Under the pieces are notes generated by a model. That model worked only from the letters and a program-made list of their open reading frames with translations. It was not told the DNA's origin and made no database searches. The position numbers and the translations under genes were made by a program. A stretch of DNA of 38,704 nt from an uncultured bacterium (GTDB lineage Bacteria; DAOPZR01): NCBI GenBank assembly GCA_964637655.1, contig CAZWUZ010000004.1, positions 1 through 38,704 of the forward strand, written 5' to 3'. This document shows, piece by piece, positions 38,521 through 38,704 of the stretch; positions within the stretch are counted from its first letter, which is position 1, and the number at the start of each line of letters is the position of its first letter.

Positions 38521-38704
38521 ATGCCGCTGTATGACCTGCTGACCGGCCCCCCGTCCTTCGCGCGATTCGCCCGGCACACCCCCGCCCCGGGGCGGCCGAC
38601 CCCGCTCTATTGCGCCGACCTGTTCGCCGCCTGCGGCTGGCTGGCCGCCGCGGCCGCCACGCGCCCGGTGCTGCTCCTCTGCGGCGAAGCGAACACCGCG
38701 GCGG
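38521..38704 (+). CDS. 5' part of a CDS running off the window; function not assignable
   Basis: ATG at 38521, open to the window end (MPLYDLLTGPPSFARF...). Confidence 0.45.
   Translation, partial: MPLYDLLTGPPSFARFARHTPAPGRPTPLYCADLFAACGWLAAAAATRPVLLLCGEANTAA

Noticed and set aside
38521-38704. Assigning the truncated ORF as Mfd
   Set aside because: Only 61 codons are visible and none is diagnostic

Overview
This window comes from a GC-rich diderm bacterium and has two parts. The left part (1-~10797) is a visibly less GC-rich accessory island ending at the 3' end of a tRNA-Asn(GTT) gene. It carries an intact Hen1-Pnkp RNA repair operon. Directly upstream on the same strand are a DIP1984/DUF6847-like coiled-coil gene and a ~255-nt nested-stem candidate ncRNA with unpaired 7-nt repeats, which is the best candidate for an undescribed system. 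The island also holds coupled micro-ORFs behind twin near-identical promoters, a PIN toxin with a small partner gene between ~590-bp direct repeats, an AbiEi(DUF6088)/AbiEii pair whose toxin has an in-frame TGA, and helicase and Bro-N relics. The right part (10979-38704) is core-like: tex, xdhC-like, alr, a TetR-MFP-RND-TolC efflux operon, an ABC-F ATPase, three GT-C-type glycosyltransferases with rfbA/rfbB, hemerythrin, mtaB, rsmE, spoVG, a lytic transglycosylase and a barrel-like/TPR protein. Several genes look leaderless, and the intergenic spacers are mosaics of REP-like repeats. There is a 100-N gap at 25607-25706. All family calls come from motif recognition by eye; no searches were run.
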